Below are positions 62,837 to 64,000 of a DNA stretch of 64,000 bases, piece after piece. This DNA is from Rotaria socialis (lineage: Eukaryota), in assembly GCA_905331295.1 (NCBI GenBank), contig CAJNYD010000256.1, forward strand, positions 1 to 64,000, written 5' to 3'. The position numbers and the translations under genes were made by a program. Each line of letters opens with the position of its first letter. Position 1 is the stretch's first letter. The notes below the pieces were generated by a model that did not search any database, was not told the origin of the DNA, and worked only from the letters and a program-made list of their open reading frames with translations.

Positions 62837-64000
62837 AATAATTAATGAAATAGATTTTTTTTTTCTATTTTTTCCGGTGTTTACTTTCATACTTATTTGT
62901 CAGATTGAGCAAATCACACAGTCATATATTTGTGAATCCTAATTCTTTTTGTTGTTGTTGTTGTTATTGTTGTATTATTATTACTGTTTATGAAAAAAAT
63001 GAAAATATACATTAACAAGACATATATCATAGATGATTTGATTATATCAAATCAAGATTATGATTTATAGTTAAATCTGCCAGCTAGTATTTATTTTCAT
63101 TCTGTATAGACTTGTACTAAAAACATAGTAGTTCTTTATTTATTTGTGCCCTTACTAATCATATTTTGTATGTTTAATTAGTTCTTTTCTTTTTTCATCT
63201 CGAATAAGTATGTTTGTGTTAAAATATCATTTTTCTATTATATACGACGCACTAAATCAGAAAAAGATTTTAATTTTAGATGGTGCCATTTTTCTTTTGA
63301 ATTTAAGCTGAATACAATTCTCTAGTGTTATTTACTAACAACAATGTTTATATGCATTAATTTAGGGTGCGAATATATATGAAACTAAATGCAATGTGTT
63401 TTTTTTTCGTGTGAATTCTCAACTACTATTTTCAGGAAATAAATCAAAAAACAGAGACATTTTTCTACATTGAACTCTTTGTTGAACGAAGATTTTAAAT
63501 TGCCAATCAAAAGTTCATCGTTCGCCTGTCAAATTGTTTAGCACCTATTAACTGTCATAATGACCTGAGGATGAAACATAAAAATAGTCAGAAAAAGTAA
63601 TAGACAAGAAAAAATCGATAATTGCATTTCGATGACATAACAGCACTTGTGATGAAGTGAGGCTAGAAATAATTTGCACTCTGCAAACATGCATGAAAAG
63701 TTGAGTTTGTTTTGCTTAGGAGAATTCTTCAATTTTTTCCAAAATTATTTATAATTCTCTGGAAACTATAACAAATTTAGATTTCTATATCGAAAATCAG
63801 TCGTATTCATACACTCTTCTTACGAATGTCAACAGTCTTCTTCGGCAAGACAATAACAATAATTATAATAATATGAAATGTGTGAAACGAAGAATATCTC
63901 ACGCATGATCATTGTCGTTCAATAGCAGTCAATTATCAGAAGTACTCTCTAATTTATTTATTCTTGCATTATAAATAGACATGATTTTCTTTTCTTTGAC

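Overview
AT-rich eukaryotic (animal) genomic DNA with many short (~50-70 nt) GT-AG introns and one 970-N assembly gap (23350-24319). The gene and repeat content resembles a bdelloid rotifer genome (inference only). The left ~25 kb is transposon-rich. It holds a decayed APE/RT LINE with a TSD, hAT MITEs, a hAT deletion derivative with a nested DINE-1/Helentron-like element, CMC-type, Tc1/mariner-type and MULE-type MITEs, and a gypsy-like gag relic. Its genes are an intronless F-box/LRR gene, a type II membrane NHL-repeat gene and a small orphan TM ORF. The right ~39 kb is dense in conserved genes: Mtl/MIG-2-like Rho GTPase (-), ATG9 (+), a CABIT-domain gene (-), Cullin-3 (-), BCL9/legless (+) and a Myt1-type kinase (+). 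A complete alpha2delta/CACHD1-like VWA-Cache gene is nested antisense in Cullin-3 intron 3. Gene models were built by hand from splice sites and frame continuity, and family calls rest on recalled motifs. No database search was run. I did not find a clearly new multi-gene system; the best leads are the nested VWA-Cache gene, the Helentron-like elements and the apparently TM-less Myt1.
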